A stretch of DNA of 64,000 nt from Takakia lepidozioides (lineage: Eukaryota > Plantae > Bryophyta): the NCBI GenBank assembly GCA_030704615.1, contig CM060733.1:75206001-75270000 (forward strand). The letters are read 5' to 3'. This document shows, in pieces, positions 61,830 to 64,000 of the stretch. Position numbers and translations under genes: made by a program. Below the pieces are notes generated by a model. The model worked only from the letters and a program-made list of their open reading frames with translations. It ran no database searches and had not been told where the DNA came from. The number at the start of each line of letters is the position of its first letter. Position 1 is the stretch's first letter.

Positions 61830-62830
61830 AAAGCTCGGAAATTCGGCAGCGCAATTCATTTTTCTCCATGCAGCGATTTCTGGCAGCTCCCTTTCCTCCG
61901 TTGTCGTCGTACGGAAATGTTGTACACATTTCATTTCCTGACATGGCATTACCATACTTCGAATTTGAAATGCGGCGCCGCATTTCCATATTCGACCTTG
62001 AACTATCCAAGCATGTCCAGTCACTAATGCTTGTCCATGTCCATACTTGAAATGCGGCACCGCATTTCCATGTCTGTCATCGAAATTTCGTACCGGACAA
62101 TGAAATGCGGGCACAACATTTCGGAGAGCACAATGGAATGCGGTGCCGCATTTCCGTCGAGGGTCTGGAATTGGACAAACAACGATGGAAGTTCTGGAAA
62201 TGCGGCACCGCATTTCATGTTCGTCATCAAATATCGTATTGGACAATGGAATGCGGTGCCGCATTTCCATCAAGACGGAATGCCCACACGGGTGTGGAAT
62301 TGGACAAACACGATGCTGTTTTGGAAATGCGGCGCCGCATTTCCCATGTCGGGCAATTGAAAGTTTTTAAGGACAGTAAGTTTTTTATAGGACGATGGAA
62401 TGCGGTGCCATTTCCATGAAAGGGTCTGGAATTGGGCAACAACGATGTCCGAAATTTCTTATTGGACAATGGAATGCGGTGCCGCATTCCCGTCTAGCAT
62501 CATGGAATGGGGAGCCCAAGAACGTCGATGGGTCTGCAGTTGGAAAAATGTCCATCTCCAAAAGGAAAATGCGGCACCGCATTTCCATGTTCGACCTCCG
62601 CATTTCGATTTACATCCATGGAAGGAGCTGGCAATCGGCAAAACTGCCGTGTCGGAAACGGAAATGCGGCACCGCATTTCCGTTTGTCCGAACAGTTTCT
62701 GATGTCCAAACCATGAAACGGAAATTTTCCCCCGGTTTTGGAAATGCGGTGCCGCATTTCCAGGTTTTTGCAGTTGCCACATTTCCGTTCAACATTGAAA
62801 TGCGGTGCCGCATTTCGATTTTGGGAGGGA
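61830..62830. repeat. GAAATGCGG-NN-CCGCATTTC palindrome array, longer than in copy A
   Basis: About 1 kb versus about 650 bp in A. Some copies retain the central CG. Confidence 0.9.
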
Positions 62831-63029
62831 CAGGTTTGGACGATGTTGTCGTTTAGAAGCACATGGGAGAGGGGACATGAAGGACGGGGAGAATTCCTTT
62901 ATATACTCTGGAATTGAATTTAAATGTACAAAGAGTTCATTAAAATTGTATTAATCTTGAAAATCATCACTACTGTCGTCTTGTCCTTGACTGTCCTGCT
63001 CCGCTCCACCCCGTCATTGCCTTTCTCAT

Positions 63030-64000
63030 CTCCAGCGGACTGCTCGTTGGCCAGGCTTTCGAAAATCCATCTTCACCTTGCGGAACCGACCATCTCACCT
63101 TCCGTTGGCTCGTCGTCCTCCCTGTCTGCATCGCTCTCATCCGCTGAATCACATATGAACTTTCGCACCCGTCTACCTGCCTCAGCTGTTGCCAACTCTT
63201 TCCTTATCCTTCTGTCCTCCCTAGCCCTCTCCAAAATCTGCTCTACTTTACTGGGATTCTCACATCGTCTAATCGCTGTATTTGCGAGTTTAGCTGCATA
63301 ACTAGGAAGGGAGTAGTCCTTCACCGGCTCGTCATGAAGTCGGCCCTCGCAAAGAACGGGACATTCTTCCTGGCAGGAAGTGTAGGCCTACATGTTTCGA
63401 CCCGGATCCTCCAATCCTGCACATAACAATCACCAACGAGACCAATGAGAACCACAGTCCGGAAATGCGTTTGACAAAAAATCACCAGAAGGCTTTGCAA
63501 ACTTACAATGTTTGCACTCACTCGTATTCCGGGTTCTCCTCGGCATCAATGTCCACTGTCTCTTCTCCGACTCCGACGAATCCGAGGAGTCTTTGCTTCG
63601 ATGGGAGCCTTCACATTCCGTTGCAGCCCTTCCAGATGGGATCCCCAGACGCCTGTGTCCTCCTCGTAGGCAAAGAGGTGCCGGTCGGAAAACCGCCCAG
63701 CCCACATTGAGGCACCTGTTACAATGCCATCCACACATTATGACATGGCCCTTCAGATGTTGCGAATGAAAGCATAACGAGAATTTGCAGAAAAGCATAC
63801 AACAAGATTCTGCATACCTGTCCACAGATGAGGTCGAGCACTGTGCCCTCCACGTCAGTGCATGTCTCCATAATTGTCTGAATGAAGGCAGGGCTCCGAG
63901 TCGTGAATACCGCAGGGGTTCAGTTGAAGTGAGCTATGAGGGAGAAGTTCCGTGGGAACGTTGTTGAACAGGACGTCGTAATCGATGGGGTCGCAGTTCG
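63030..64000 (-). pseudogene. 3' exons of the ParB-MTase-like gene, copy C
   Basis: Matches about 22430-23398 (ASMWAGRFSDRHLFAYEED, RKNVPFFARADF, KFICDSADES). Confidence 0.75.

Larger units (their letters stand above)
59448..64000 (-). mobile_element. Mutator-like element copy C (A-family), inverted, runs off the window
   Basis: Starts GGGGGCTGCTATTTCATGAGC and is a reverse-complement match to about 22430-26710. Confidence 0.92.

Noticed and set aside
59448-64000. Calling copies B and C definitively dead because of frameshifts
   Set aside because: The many single-base indels could be long-read consensus errors and need read-level checking.

Overview
Eukaryotic, transposon-saturated DNA, most likely from a non-seed land plant (inferred from short GT-AG introns, a tRNA-iMet PBS, Copia/Gypsy/CACTA/MULE relics, a Naiad/Chlamys-type Penelope element and a plant-like RPS3a relic). 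I found no intact host gene. The window is dominated by large (11-13 kb) Mutator-like elements with short TIRs (GAGGTTT[A/G]CTATTTCATGAGC ... GCTCATGAAATAGCAGCCCCC). Copy A is 15798-26710 (8-bp TSD, internally rearranged), copy B is 36662-49427 (most complete), copy C is 59448 to beyond 64000 (inverted), with a gene-less derivative E (1-3216) and an end fragment F (8190-8763). Besides a GCM-like/MULE-DDE/SWIM transposase, these elements carry a multi-exon gene joining a ParB/Srx-like domain (DGNHR) to a bacterial-type beta-class N4C/N6A DNA-methyltransferase-like domain, plus arrays of family-specific palindromes in spacers and introns. A third, divergent ParB-MTase homolog (about 51.9-56.2 kb) has its own palindrome and a different context. 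This ParB-MTase plus cognate-palindrome module is the best candidate for an undescribed system. All domain calls are by eye from motifs, with no database search. Many frameshifts may be sequencing or assembly errors rather than real decay.
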